The notes under the pieces: model-generated
What the model was told of the DNA's origin: nothing
The model's input: only the letters and a program-made list of their open reading frames with translations
Database searches by the model: none
Position numbers and translations under genes: made by a program
In this document: positions 24,281-36,650 of the stretch, in pieces
Layout of the letters: the number at the start of each line of letters is the position of its first letter
Position numbering within the stretch: the first letter of the stretch is position 1
Assembly: GCF_001194135.2 (NCBI RefSeq)
Contig: NC_068985.1
Coordinates: 10,016,762 to 10,061,576, forward strand
Direction of reading: 5' to 3'
Length of the DNA: 44,815 nucleotides
DNA from: Octopus bimaculoides
Taxonomy: Eukaryota

Positions 24281-24700
24281 TCGTGGCTGTGTGGTAAGTA
24301 GCTTGATTACCAACCACATCGTCCTGGGTTCAGTCCCACTGCGTGGCACCTTGGGCAAGTGTCTTCTAGTTTAGCCTCGGGCCGACCAAAGCCTTGTGAG
24401 TGGATTTGGTAGGCGGAAACTGAAAAGAAGCTCGTCGTATATATGTATATATATATGTATATATGTGTGTGTGTATATGTTTGTGTGTATTTGTTTGTCC
24501 CCTCCCCCAAACATCGCTTGACAACCGATGCTGGTGTGTTTTTGTTCCCGTAACTTAGCGGTTCGGCAAAAGAGACCGATAGAATAAGTACTTGGCTTCC
24601 AAAGAATAAGTCCTGGGGTTGATTTGCTTGACTAAAGGCGGTGCTCCAGCATGGCCACAGACAAAAGACTGAAACAAGTAAAAGAGTAAAAGAGTAAAAG
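24281..24700 (+). mobile_element. SINE family B
   Basis: Family match. Confidence 0.9.
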
Positions 24701-24800
24701 ATAGATGTTATTAGACATGTCTGCAAAGTAAACGGTTTTATTTGAGTTCCTAATTTTCCTTATGTCAGACTTCTCAGCCGTGCAGGTCCCGACCCGTTTA

Positions 24801-25377
24801 TCTTTTACCCTTTACTCGCTCAATTATAGGACGGTGGCCATGCTGGGGCACCGCCTTGAAGGGTTTAATGGAAGAAATCACCCCCCAGTACTTTTTGAAA
24901 GTCTGCAACTTATTCTATCAGTCTCTTTTGCAGAACCACTACGTTATGGGAGCACAAACAAACGAACGCCGGTTGTAAAACTGTCGTGGGGTACAAACAC
25001 AAGCACATACAAGCACACACACACTGAATCTAAGTATGTGGTTGTGTTTGTACCCCACCACAGCTTCACAACCGGTGTTCGTTTGTTTATACTCCCATGA
25101 CGTAGTGGTTCTGCAAAAGAGACTGATAGAATAAGCTGCAGACTTAAAAAAAGTACTGGGCTCAATTTCTTCCACTAAACCCTGCAAGGTGGTGCCCCAG
25201 CATGGCCACCGTCCTATTACTGAAGCAAAGTCTGCAGCTTATTCTATCAGTCTCTTTTGCAGAACCACTACGTCATGGGAGCATAAACAAACGAACACCG
25301 GTTGTGAAGTTGTGGTGAAGTACAAACACAAGCACATACAAGCACACACACACACGCTGAATCTAAGTATGTGGTTG
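24801..25377. repeat. Inverted triplication (-,+,-) of a diverged family B 3' half
   Basis: Three segments share private variants such as gcagaaccactacgt.atgggag. Confidence 0.85.
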
Positions 25378-25479
25378 AGAAGCAAACCTCCTAAGTATCT
25401 CTTGAAAATAGCATGCAACATTCGTAAATAACGCCCACAAACAGTAGTAACCGATATGATAGGGGAACCAACAGACATA

Positions 25480-25726
25480 AGCCTATGAGTAAAGAAACAT
25501 AGGAAATATATCACCTGAATTAAAATTAGATACAAGACTGACCAAAGACGAAGCATTTATTGCAGTCAAGCACAACAAAGAGCATTTTGCTTTTAATTTC
25601 AAACGCAATCTTATCAATCCTGCCATATCCGAGATTGAGCTAATCAGTGAGAAAAATAATTATCAAAACACAACGATAACAGAAAAAATACAACGGACCT
25701 CCAGCAATCAAAAAGTAGCCATTTAA
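25480..25726 (+). mobile_element. Decayed Penelope-like RT N-terminal fragment (possibly Nematis-like)
   Basis: Stop-to-stop frame 25493-25726: ELKLDTRLTKDEAFIAVKHNKEHFAFNFKRNLINPAISEIELISEK, resembling LKLDDR...AFITLKDHKENF...CRLINPAKSEIG.ISK. Confidence 0.6.
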
Positions 25727-25835
25727 TAATTAATTGTCACTCATCACTGATATCTGATCGGTAAGGCACATGTTTTCTTGTCTGTGAAACAGCCATGACC
25801 GTGTGAGAAATTAACTGTCTACGTATGCATGCAAA

Positions 25836-25943
<108 letters not shown>

Positions 25944-26670
25944 GTGTTATGTCAGTCATTGGTTTCAGTTTGCGTGAGTTCGCCCTCTCTTTGTTGGTGC
26001 CATAAATACTATTGCATCCTTTATTTGGTTTGTGATACATGGGAAGTTTGAGAGCTTTTCTCCCCTTGTGTGTTTCTTGTGTCGTTTGTTCCCAAAAAAT
26101 CTTGCAATATGAAAATTTTGTCTTCAGGCGAAAGTCTTCACTCATCGAACAAACCTATGCGAGAAAACGTTGTTGCACTTGAGGAAAGAATATTATTGAG
26201 GGAAGCAGTATTAAGCCACGTGATGAGGGGTTAATGTATGACCGAAAGACAGGAATAGCTGTCTTTTTGTACTGGAGAGACTAGATTTCTCCCTTTGGAA
26301 AAGAAAAGAGAGAAGACGATCTTAATGATGTGTTGGGGCGTACCTTTAAGTTACAAGAAGGTAACTATAAGAGATGTGGTACGGGCAAATAAATATGTTC
26401 GTGAGAATGCGAAAGGTGTGTGGCAGATGGATAGAAATTGTGAAAGAGGGATGTGATTCCAATAAATGGAGCTTTTTAAGTGAAAGCGAAAGCAATTGAA
26501 AGAGCCTTCTCCGACAACACTCCGCTCTGGATCGGTACGTTTATTCATTGAATCCCACCGAATAGTTGAAAGACAAACCCTTGGTTGGGTTTCAACTGAG
26601 TGGTGATGGCCGCAAGAAATCCCGCATGGTATTTCATTCACCCCTTTAATGACTTTGCTAATTAAACTTA

Positions 26671-26990
26671 GTGAAGGCGCATGGCTCAGTGGCTAGAGCG
26701 TCGAGCTTACGATCGTAAGGTTGTCAGTTCGAATCCCAGACCGGGCTACGTGTTGTGTTCTTGAGCAAGACACTTTATTTCACGTTGCTCCAGTTCACTC
26801 AGCTGTAGAAATGAGTTGCGACATCACTGGTGCCAAGCTGTATCGGCCTTTGCCCTATCTCTTGGATAACGACAATGGCATGGATAGGAGAGGGTGCTGG
26901 TCTTCCATAAACAACCTTGCCCGTACTTGGGCCTGGGAGGGTAACTTTCTAGGTGCAATCCCATGGTCAGTCATGACCGAAGGGGGTCTC
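26671..26990 (+). mobile_element. CORE-like SINE family D
   Basis: tggctcagtgg A box, agttcgaatc B box, ttgagcaagacac...cactcagctgtagaaatgagt. Confidence 0.8.
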
Positions 26991-27029
26991 GGAATTGAAC
27001 TTAACGTATATAAAAAAAAGAAGAAATGT

Positions 27030-27275
27030 TTCCTTCATGAGCCATGCCAGGCTCAAAAGGATCGGTCTCCAGGTTTCAGCGGTGTATGTATTCCCCACCT
27101 GGATGGGACGCAGATCCCTTGCAGGATTACTCATTTGTGGCAGCTGAGTGGACTGGAGCAACGTAAAATGAAGTGCATTACTCAAGGACACAAGGCATCG
27201 CCCGGCCCAGGAATTGAAACCCTAATCTTACGACCATAAGTCCAACACCCTAATCACTAAGCCACGCGCGTCCCC
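27030..27275 (-). mobile_element. CORE-like SINE family E
   Basis: Reverse complement has a tggcttagtgattagg head and the core shared with family D. Confidence 0.75.
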
Positions 27276-27766
27276 CAAACTTAACGTGTATATGTAGCCT
27301 TATACTCGTTTACCCGTGTGATACGCTGTTTCCCATTCTGGTTTCGTTCTTTCCCTCCAAATTCTCTCTCTCTCTCTGCAAACATGCAAACACGAAAAAC
27401 CATAGGCATATATTTATGGCTACTAATTGATATTTGCAAAGAACTGTAATCGATATAATTCCTGTTGGCAGATATAAGGTGAAGTATCAACTGTCTTTAT
27501 TAATAATCACGTATTTTGATTACATATTTTGTAAGCAACGTAAGTGTTTCTGTAATCATTTGTTTACTCACCAGCCTAAGTTCATTTGCTGTCAAGGAAA
27601 TACAACAGATCCAACAATGCATGAATGAAATGACTTGTATTTGGTTAACTCTTTGTTCGAATCCCGCCGAGATCGACATTCTACTTTGATTTACGTCTTT
27701 CCAGAGTCGGTAAAACAAATACCACTCAAGGACTAGAATCGATATAATTAATTATACGTCTTTATA

Positions 27767-28198
27767 GGAGGCGAGCTGGCAGAAACGATAGTACGCCGGG
27801 CGGAAGGCTTAGCGGTATTTCGTCTGCCGTTACGTTCTGAGTTTAAATTCCGCCGAGGTCGACTTTGCCTTTTATCCCTTCGGGGTCGATAAATTAAGTA
27901 CCAGTTACGCACCGAGGTCGATGTAATCGACTTAATCTCTTTGTTTGTCCTTGTTTGTTCCCTCTGTGTGTAGCCCCTTGTGGGCAATAAAGAAATAAGA
28001 AACGTTAGCACACCAGGTGAAAGGCTTAGCAGTATTTCGTCTGTCTTCAAGTTCTGAGTTCAAATTCCGCCGAGGTCGACTTTGCATTTCATCCTTTCGG
28101 GGTCGATAAATTAAGTACCAGTGAAACACTGGGATCGACCTAATCGACTGGCTCCCTCCCCCAAAGTTTCAGGCCTTGTGCCTAGACTAGAAAAGAAT
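27767..28198 (+). mobile_element. SINE family A dimer
   Basis: Same structure as 18516-18948. Confidence 0.9.
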
Positions 28199-28210
28199 AT
28201 TCTTTACAAA

Positions 28211-28420
28211 GTCGGCGAGCTGGCAGAGACGTTAGCACGCCGGGCGAAATGATTAGCAATATTTCGCCTGTCTTTATGTTCTGAGTTCAAATTCTGCCGA
28301 GGTCGACTTTATCTTTTATCCTTTCGGGATCGATAAATTAATTACCAGTGCGTACTGGGCCGACCTAATCGACTAGCCCCACTCCCCCAAAATTTCGGGC
28401 CGTGTGCCTAGAGTAGAAAA
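28211..28420 (+). mobile_element. SINE family A monomer
   Basis: Family match. Confidence 0.9.
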
Positions 28421-28452
28421 AAAAATTATACGTCTTAATGTTTCAGATTCGA

Positions 28453-28630
28453 AGGTACATGGCTTAGTGGTTTGGGTATTCGATTCTCTGCGGTGCATTA
28501 TGTCATTGAGCAAGACGTTATATTTCACGTTGCTAAAATGAATTGTATTTGTAATTCAAAGGGGGCCCCAGGCCTGTCACATTCCGTGTCACGCTGAATC
28601 TTACACGTGAGAACTACATTAAGGGTAACA
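28453..28630 (+). mobile_element. Chimeric SINE: D/E-type head and core with family C-type tail
   Basis: ttgagcaagacgttatatttcacgttgc followed by gtgtcacgctgaatc...gagaactacattaaggg. Confidence 0.6.
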
Positions 28631-28754
28631 TAATTCAACTATCTTTTTCACATTAATTTATTTACAGCTAAAATTTTTATAAAAAAATATGAAACCATTT
28701 ATTCTATGGTAATTTAGTTAATTTTGTCGAGCTCTTATGCGTTGACAGTAAGTG

Positions 28755-29194
28755 ACTACCTTAACCAAGCCTTTCCACAGCGTTTGTTTGGAAGACGGAG
28801 CAGCATCGAATGGCCACCATGTTCACCTGACCAATGGATTTTATTTTTGGGGATGTTGTAAAGAACAAGGTTTATGAGAAGAATCCCAAAACATTAAATG
28901 AATTAAAAGATTACATTTCTGACGCATTCACTAAAATTGATGGCGATCGGAATTTGTGCCGCACTGTGTGTCACCGTGTTCTGAAGAGGTTTGAAGAATG
29001 TTGCAATGCTGAAAGAGGACATTTTGAGCACCTGAGAGATTAAACATTGTCTGTTTAAGATGTGCATAAACAATACGATTGTAAGATAGGAATTTAAATG
29101 TAATAAAATGTTTTAAAAGAAATTTAAATGTAATAAAATGTTTTAAAAGAAATTTAAAGTGCCTACGTGATAACTGTAAACCTATTTTTGGGCC

Positions 29195-29200
<6 letters not shown>
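28755..29200 (+). mobile_element. Tc1/mariner DDxD 3' remnant with right terminus; includes a 30-bp tandem repeat at 29091-29158
   Basis: DYLNQAFPQR..GRRSSIEWPPCSPD..MDF..VKNKVYEKNPKTLNELK...GHFEHL; ends ttttgggccatccaa-TA. Confidence 0.85.
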
Positions 29201-29231
<31 letters not shown>

Positions 29232-29381
29232 NNNNNNNNNNNNNNNNNNNNNNNNNNNNNNNNNNNNNNNNNNNNNNNNNNNNNNNNNNNNNNNNNNNNN
29301 NNNNNNNNNNNNNNNNNNNNNNNNNNNNNNNNNNNNNNNNNNNNNNNNNNNNNNNNNNNNNNNNNNNNNNNNNNNNNNNNN

Positions 29382-29424
<43 letters not shown>

Positions 29425-30646
29425 GCCTTCTACCTATAGTAAAAAGAATTATTCCCGTTTTCAGCGTAAGAGTTCCTCTTCACATTTGATACACACATTG
29501 CTTATAGAATTGTGTATGCCATTGTAAAATATTTTTTGGACTTTCGTCTCTTTACGTCAACATATAACTTAGCCTTTCAATAAATAGAAACATTAAAAGA
29601 AGCACCAAAATGACATGTACTGGCATCGATACTAATGCATAAAATTGTCGTAGTACCACAGCATGGCTGAAGTCCAAATATACACATACTACGGATACGC
29701 TCTTGACATAAATACACCGGTAAAGAGGTGGGACATATTACAGTTTGTATTTCTGCTTGCCATCTAGCTGAAAGCTGTTTTTCTTAAAATTTGTATTGAG
29801 TTTCTGTTGAACATAAATGGGAAAGCTGTTTTTACCAACGATCCTGTCGAGATGATGATTTGTGGGTAATACTTACCTAGGTAATATTTCCGATTGGCTA
29901 CATGTATGTCATAGAGCTATTTGACCAAAACTGAACTTCGTCTACACAACAGCAGCAATAATTCTACTGCACGCCAATTACAACGATCTTTTCAACCCAT
30001 GTCAAGTGAAAAGCATTATAAAAATGTACAACTTTTACGATTTTAATATCTCAGGAAGATGTGATCCCATATTTTACCTGTCATAATTGATTTTACAAAT
30101 TTTATTCAGGTTTAATGAAACAAAAAAACGGATTATCATTTACCTCACTAAATTAGATAAAATTGCTGCAAAATTTAAGACCTGGAAACATATGGATTTC
30201 ATGCCACTCTTAACACACATCTTATAAAAATTGAAAATCAAAAACAAACCCCTAACAAATATTGAGACGTGATTTGAGTATATATTTTGAAAACAGCTCT
30301 CATAAAATTATTGATTTCTTGGTTAGGAGAAAAAGCTCAATTTTAGTAGGGAAGATGAAGCAGAAATGTGCAAAGTAATGTCATTTTTGGAAGCGTAAAC
30401 ATTGTAGCAAGAATTGGCTTTGGCCGGATATATTAAGTGGTTCGTAGAATTAATTAACAGGGCATTTACCAGTTTATGAGCGAGAGAATGAAAGTTCTTC
30501 TGCAGTAGCTCTCGTCATCTAAATAGCAACTAGATGTCGCTCCAATCACACTCTACTCTATGAATTGAGCAAGAATGAATATGTAATAAATAAGTTGGTT
30601 ATACAACTTCACGGCTTTCGTTTGATTTCACTGTGCAGTATCTTAG

Positions 30647-31029
30647 GTTTTTTGTTGGCACTCCAGCGCTTGCGACGTTGAGGGTTCCAGTTGATCCGAT
30701 CAACGGAACAGCCTGCTCGTGAAATTAACGTGCTGAGCACTGCACAGACACGTGTACCCGTAACATAGTTCTTAGGGAGATTCAGTATGACACAGAGTGT
30801 GACAAGGCTGACAGTTTGAATTACAGGCACAACTGAAACAGGAAGTAAGAGTGAGAGAAAGTTGTGGTGAAAGAGTACAGCAGGGTTCGCCACCATCCCC
30901 TGCCGGAGCCTCGTGGAGCTTTAGGCGGTTTCGCTCAATAAACACTCACAACGCCCGGTCTGAGAATCGAAACCGCGATCCTATGACCGTGAGTCCGCTG
31001 CCCTAACCACTGGGCCATTGCGCCTCCAC
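30647..31029 (-). mobile_element. SINE family C, full length
   Basis: TSD agtatcttag / agtatcctag. Confidence 0.9.
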
Positions 31030-31775
31030 AGTATCCTAGATAAGTATTCTCTACCAGGATTGTCCAAACGTCAGTAAGTCAAATCTGGTAGATGAAAGCT
31101 GTACGAAAGTAAGAAGGTGGTATTGCTGCTGGATTTGGGTGGTAAATTAGTTGACGACGGGTTTCAAGTCATCACGTTGTCCTTAGGTATTTTTAGCGGA
31201 CCCAACAATGTTGCAATTATTCGAGCCAGGTTCTGTTCTGTAACTAGCTTTCTCTTTTACTCATATCCGTCTTGGAGATTCTGAAAAATGTCAGAGCAGT
31301 GTCCCCTTCCTGCATTGACAGGCCTTAAACTACAAAAAAAAAAAAAAAAAAAAAAAAGGATGGAAACGCCACGCTTAGAACGTCTGTTATCATAGAACTA
31401 CTCGATCTAGTTTCAACTGGATCTAACTAGCAACAGCAACTCCAATCACTTTATAAGCATTTGTAAACAACTACCATGAAATTATCAGTGTTTTTAGACA
31501 GACCCTTCCATATTGAATAAATTGAAGCCGGGTTAATTCCTTGGTTCGACATCACTATTTTAGTATTAGTTATACAGGAAGGCAGTGTCGGATTGGTAGA
31601 ATCGATGGAGCAGCAGACAGAATATCATGTCCTATGTGGTTGCTTTAAATGTTCCTACTTTCGGGTTCTTAAAATAAAGTACCAGTTATGTAATAGTAAC
31701 CGTGCAATCGTTAATATCCCTTCCTCATGATATTCAGCTTTAGGTATATGTTTGATATGAATAACTCTTGAATAT

Positions 31776-31993
31776 AATATTGGTTTCATATTTTAATACA
31801 AGGCCCGCAATTTTGGGTGAGCGGTAACTAGATTACATCGACACCAGTGCTCAAATGGTACTTATTTTATCGACTCCGAACGAATGTAAGGTGAAGTCGA
31901 CCTTAGCGGTATTTGAACTCAGAACGTAAAAGGCAGACGAAATACCGCTAAGCATTTCGCCCGGCGTGCTAACGATTCTGCCAGCTCGCCGCC
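31776..31993 (-). mobile_element. SINE family A monomer (variant tail)
   Basis: Family match. Confidence 0.85.
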
Positions 31994-33190
31994 TTAATAA
32001 GGACACAGGACAGAATCGGGCTCAGATACGATGCGAACTTAAGACGTAGGGAGACAAAGACAAAAGATGGAAAGGTATTCAGTATTTTCTTTTTTGTTTG
32101 TTCAATTATTATCTGTCAAATGAAGTTCTTCATCGCGTTTCTGCCAAACTCGCCACTGGCAGATATCATACGATTATTAATTAGAATTATTATTCCGTCA
32201 AATATTATTAACATTATTAATATTATTATTCTTAACATAACAAAGCCATCATAACATGATTAATGCAAATTAAGATTTTCCCAAAATGCACAAGGAGAAA
32301 AAATAAATAGAAAAAATAATTTACATCAGAATTCATTCCATACACATTTTTTAAAAAGAAGTATTTTTCTTTATATATTTTTTGTTATTTCATCATCTTT
32401 GTTTAAAATTTTCTCTTTTAACTTCACAAATGCTCTTGTTTATCCGATTAGTTTGAGATCAACATGGCAACATAATTCTCTTTCGCTGTCTTACAGCTAC
32501 AAACACGCCAATTAATTAAACTTAGTAGATATGAAAGAAATTATCCGTACTAAGTCTAATTAATTGACATGTTAGGTGTACCTTATTTATTAGTTCTAAG
32601 GCTCCGGTTTTATAAAGTTGATGGCAAATATGATTGTTTAATTTCTATAAATTTCGCAAAAGCATTAGCGATGAAATTGCTTTGAAAGATAGTTTTTAAA
32701 ACATTATTCCTGATTAGTGCTGAACCAATTGAGCGTTACTTAAAGTATTCAACAATCTTGAGAAATAAACGAAAAGACAAACCAGCGAAGAACCTCGTCA
32801 GTGTTTATGTGGTTTCTCTGCCCACAATAAAAACTCAAATCATTATTATATCGCCTTGAATAAAGAAAGGATAGAATTAGATTAAGAAATTCTAAAGATA
32901 CCTTGAAAAAACGACCCGTCATGGCTGGAATTCCGTTCAATTGATCATAAACGTATTCGACCAGGTCTAACCCGGGCTAAATGAAAGCAACAAAAATTTT
33001 TGACAATAAATGTTACTATGGTTTTATTCCTTACATCACATTGAGAGTCTGTCATTGAATAACTACTGCATGTGTAAACTCTGATGCAGTCATATCGTTA
33101 CATGTACAAGCATATTCTGACATCGATTACATATACATTATTTACATTATTTACATTCGACGGATATTTGTCCTCATCTTGTTTGTTGTT

Positions 33191-33236
33191 AACACAACGT
33201 TTCGGCTGATATACCCTCCAGCCTTCGTCAGGTGTC
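33191..33236 (-). ncRNA. Minimal type-I hammerhead ribozyme motif (inverted copy)
   Basis: Exact reverse complement of 33448-33493. Confidence 0.7.
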
Positions 33237-33447
33237 TTGGGGAAATTTCGAACCTGGGTTCTCATTACTAACGATGTTACTATTATTATATGGCGTAGTG
33301 GTTAAGAGCGCGGGCTACTAACCCCAAGGTTCCGAGTTCGATTCACGGCAGCGACCTGATTAATAATAATAGTAATAATAATAATAATAATAATATAATA
33401 ATAGTAACATCGTTAGGAATGAGAACCCAGGTTCGAAATTTCCCCAA

Positions 33448-33493
33448 GACACCTGACGAAGGCTGGAGGGTATATCAGCCGAAACGTTGTGTT
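33448..33493 (+). ncRNA. Minimal type-I hammerhead ribozyme motif
   Basis: Stem I GACAC/GTGTT; CTGACGA + A; stem II GGCTG/CAGCC; GAAA; palindromic stem III ACGT; GUU cleavage triplet. Confidence 0.7.
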
Positions 33494-33622
33494 AACAACA
33501 AACAAGATGAGGATAAATATCCGTCGAATGTAAATAATGTAAATAATTCCTCATCTCTTAAATTTAGAACTGTATCGATTACAAATGCAAAATATTTTGG
33601 GTGATAGAAGGGAAAGCTCCGA

Positions 33623-34486
33623 CAGGGTGGTCCAAAAATCATTTGTACATTTTAAATTATAACTTTTTTGACAATAAATGCTTTCAATTTTGTTTTTGTT
33701 TCAGACTACTGACATATTATTCTTGAAAAATAATCATGGAGAAATTCACAATAGAACAAGTAAAAGTAATCAAATTTTATCGATAAAAATCAATTGTAAC
33801 AACCAAAAGAGCTTACATTCGTCATTTTCAGGTCAGACAGCCACTATCTAAGCAAGCGATACTCAACTTATTCCAGCGGTTTGAACAATGAGGGGCTATG
33901 ATCCATTTACCACGTGTGAGAAGGCTACATCTAGGAAGGTCTCAGGACAACATTTAGCGTGTGTAGCGGAGCAGTGAAGAAAAACTTCCAGCATCAACCG
34001 AAAGGCAATCCCAGCAGCTGGGCATATCCCAAAGCTCATCATTTAAAAGATGCTGAATCTATTCCCATATAAAGTGTAGCTGAAGCCAGCAGGTTCTCGG
34101 CTACGAATAGTGTCTACTGCCCAGATCAAGAAACTTTAAATTTAGTTGACTCTTACGCTCACCTGGTTTAAAGGCTTTAGACTTTTCTTGTAGGAATATC
34201 TGAAAGACAGAATATACCATAAAAATCTCGAGTCATCCAACAATTTAACGCGAAGAAATGTAATAAACCAAGAAACATTATAAATGGTGATGGAAGATTC
34301 TTTAGAAAGAGCTTCCAGTTGTCAAGAACGAAATGATGGCCATTTGAAGTGACGTAATTTTCAAAATGAATTACAAATGTCTTCCAAAGAGTGCATTTAT
34401 TGTTTATAAAAGAATAAATGTGAATATTTAATGAACTAAAGGGTCATTATATTTTGAAATGGTCTAGTGACTTTTGCGCTATCCTG
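33623..34486 (+). mobile_element. Internally deleted Tc1/mariner (rosa/maT-like) element
   Basis: TIRs CAGGGTGGTCCAAAAATCA / CAGGATAGCGCAAAAGTCA (14/19); MEKFTIEQVKVIKFY...SQQLGIS N-terminus; decayed C-terminus. Confidence 0.75.
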
Positions 34487-35063
34487 AATATACTCATGAA
34501 ATATAGTAGCACTTATCGGCTTCCTTTAGCTTGCTTCTAAATACCAAGGAGTCTGAATCAAACTGCTTTGATCTATACATGTAACTCCCAATAAATGTGT
34601 TGAATACTCTTCTTTTGTTTGTCTACTCACTCGGTTAATTCAAAGTCAGTGATCAGCTCTGACGAAACCGGTATGACTTTGACTTTCTATAATGATTCAT
34701 AATAATGATTTCTATACTTTATTCCAACTCAAATCATTTATTTGTATCTATATCTCTTTGTTTCTATAAAAAAAACCATTACTCTTTTATACCTAATGTG
34801 TTGTCAGCTCTGTTAGTATCCCATTAAACATCTCTGTTAAATATTTTATGGAAAATCTTGCAGTCTTATAATTCCTAAAGCCTGCCAGCTGTTTGGTTTT
34901 TGGAGCATCTGGGTTACTTTCATTGTTGTGGTATCCCATGATTGTTCAGATACTCTGTAAATTATTTTGAATAATCTCCCTTGTGATTATTGGCTGTTTA
35001 TATTTCTGCCTAAATCGTCTTCTCTCGTTCTTGGTGTTGCATTAATATTTATATTATTTTCAA

Positions 35064-35256
35064 GGCGGTGAGCTGGCGAAACGTTAGCACGCCGACCGGA
35101 ATGCAGTTCTGAGTTCAAATTCCGCTGAGGTTGACTTTAGCTTTCATCCTTTCGGGGTCGATAAATTAAGTACCAGTTGCGTACTGCGGTCTGTATAATC
35201 GATTGGCCCCCTCACCACAAAATTTAGGGCCTTATGCCTAGAGTAGAAAAGAATAT
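35064..35256 (+). mobile_element. SINE family A monomer
   Basis: Family match with small deletion. Confidence 0.9.
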
Positions 35257-35269
35257 ATTTCATGTCTAA

Positions 35270-35700
35270 GGTTGCGAGCTGGCAGAAACGTTAGCACGCC
35301 GGGCGAAATGCATAATGGTATTTCGTCTGCCGTTACGTTCTGAGTTCAAATTCCGCCGAGGTCGACTTTGCCTTTCATCCTTTTGGGGTCGATAAATTAA
35401 GTACCAGTTACGCACTGGGGTCGATGTAATCGACTTAATCCCTTTGTCTGTCCTTGTTTGTCCCCTCTATGTTTAGCCCCTTGTGGGCAATAAAGATATA
35501 AGAAACGCTAGCACGCCGGGCGAAATGCTTAGCGGTATTTCGTCTGTCTTTACGTTCTGAGTTCAAATTCCGCCGAGGTCGAGTTTGCCTTTCATCCTTT
35601 CGTGGTCGATAAATTAAGCACCAGTTGCGTACTGGGTCGATCTAATCGATTGGTACCCTCCCCCAAAATTTCGGGCCTTGTGCCTAGACTAGAAAAGAAT
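35270..35700 (+). mobile_element. SINE family A dimer
   Basis: Same linker junction as the other dimers. Confidence 0.9.
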
Positions 35701-36140
35701 ATATATATTATTTCCACGAAGTTCTTAATAAAATCATTTTCGGCTGGAGTCAAACTTTGTTCTGCTCTAAGAATTTTTGTCTTTTCATACTGACAGATTC
35801 TTTGTGATTTTTTATGTCGAATATTTATTTAATCGCTGTGTTTATGTTTCTGTATTATTTGTCGCTCTTTTTCTTCAGTTGTTATTTCTTTATTGTTTGT
35901 GTTAATGATTATGTGATCTTTTTCTTTATCTTTTTTTTATGTATTTGTTTTCTACGTAGATTGCTAGATTCAAAATACCTTTATGAATAGACGAGAAGGC
36001 GTATCCATTCAAAGTACTCGTTCAACATTTAATCACTTCAGTTTGAATGATATGGTTTTTATTCAATTCTCATTTTTGTATGGGGTGGTGGGGGTACGGT
36101 ATCGATCTGCTATCGATATAAAATAACATGAATAATAACC

Positions 36141-36141
<1 letters not shown>

Positions 36142-36200
<59 letters not shown>

Positions 36201-36216
36201 GTTGTTGTTGTTGTTG
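36142..36216. repeat. (TTA)n/(TTG)n
   Basis: Direct. Confidence 0.95.
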
Positions 36217-36217
36217 A

Positions 36218-36650
36218 GTCGGCGAGCTGGCAGAATCGTTAGCACGCCAGGAGAAATACTTACTCATATTTCGTCTACCGCTACGTTCTGGGTTCAAATT
36301 CCGCCGTGGTCGACTTTACTTTTCATTCTTTTGGAGTCGATAAATAAAGTACCAATGAAACACTGGGGTCGAAATAATCGACTAGTCCCCTTACCCAAAT
36401 TGTGCCTTTCGTAGAAATTATTATTATTATTATCCACAGCGGCGAGCTGGAAGAATCGTCAGAATCGAACAAAATTCTTAATTGTATTTCTTCTGGCCCT
36501 TTACTTACTAAGTTCAAACTTCTCTGAAGTCGACTTTGCCTTTTATCCCCTCGGGGTCGATAAATTAGTACCAGTCAAGCACTGGGGTCGATGTAATTGA
36601 CAAGCTCCTCCCCTAAAACTTTCAAGCCTTGTACATATAACAGAAAGGAT
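36218..36650 (+). mobile_element. Two adjacent diverged family A monomers (36218-36417, 36439-36650)
   Basis: Family match. Confidence 0.85.

Larger units (their letters stand above)
33137..33570 (+). mobile_element. SINE family G copy 2 (33290-33570) with inverted 153-bp duplication of its 3' part (33137-33289)
   Basis: Arms 33137-33289 and 33395-33547 are reverse complements with 2 mismatches; A box tggcgtagtgg, B box gagttcgattc. Confidence 0.9.

Noticed and set aside
29091-29158. 30-bp direct repeat and other regular repeats as CRISPR
   Set aside because: No spacers, no cas genes, eukaryotic context
29877-29941. Minus AG...CTAG|GTAAGT exon candidate
   Set aside because: Stops in all three frames from the best acceptor
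34655-34680. CTGACGAAACCGGTA as a hammerhead
   Set aside because: Stem II is absent and stem I does not pair
34780-35040. Long, mostly open minus frame
   Set aside because: No recognisable domain
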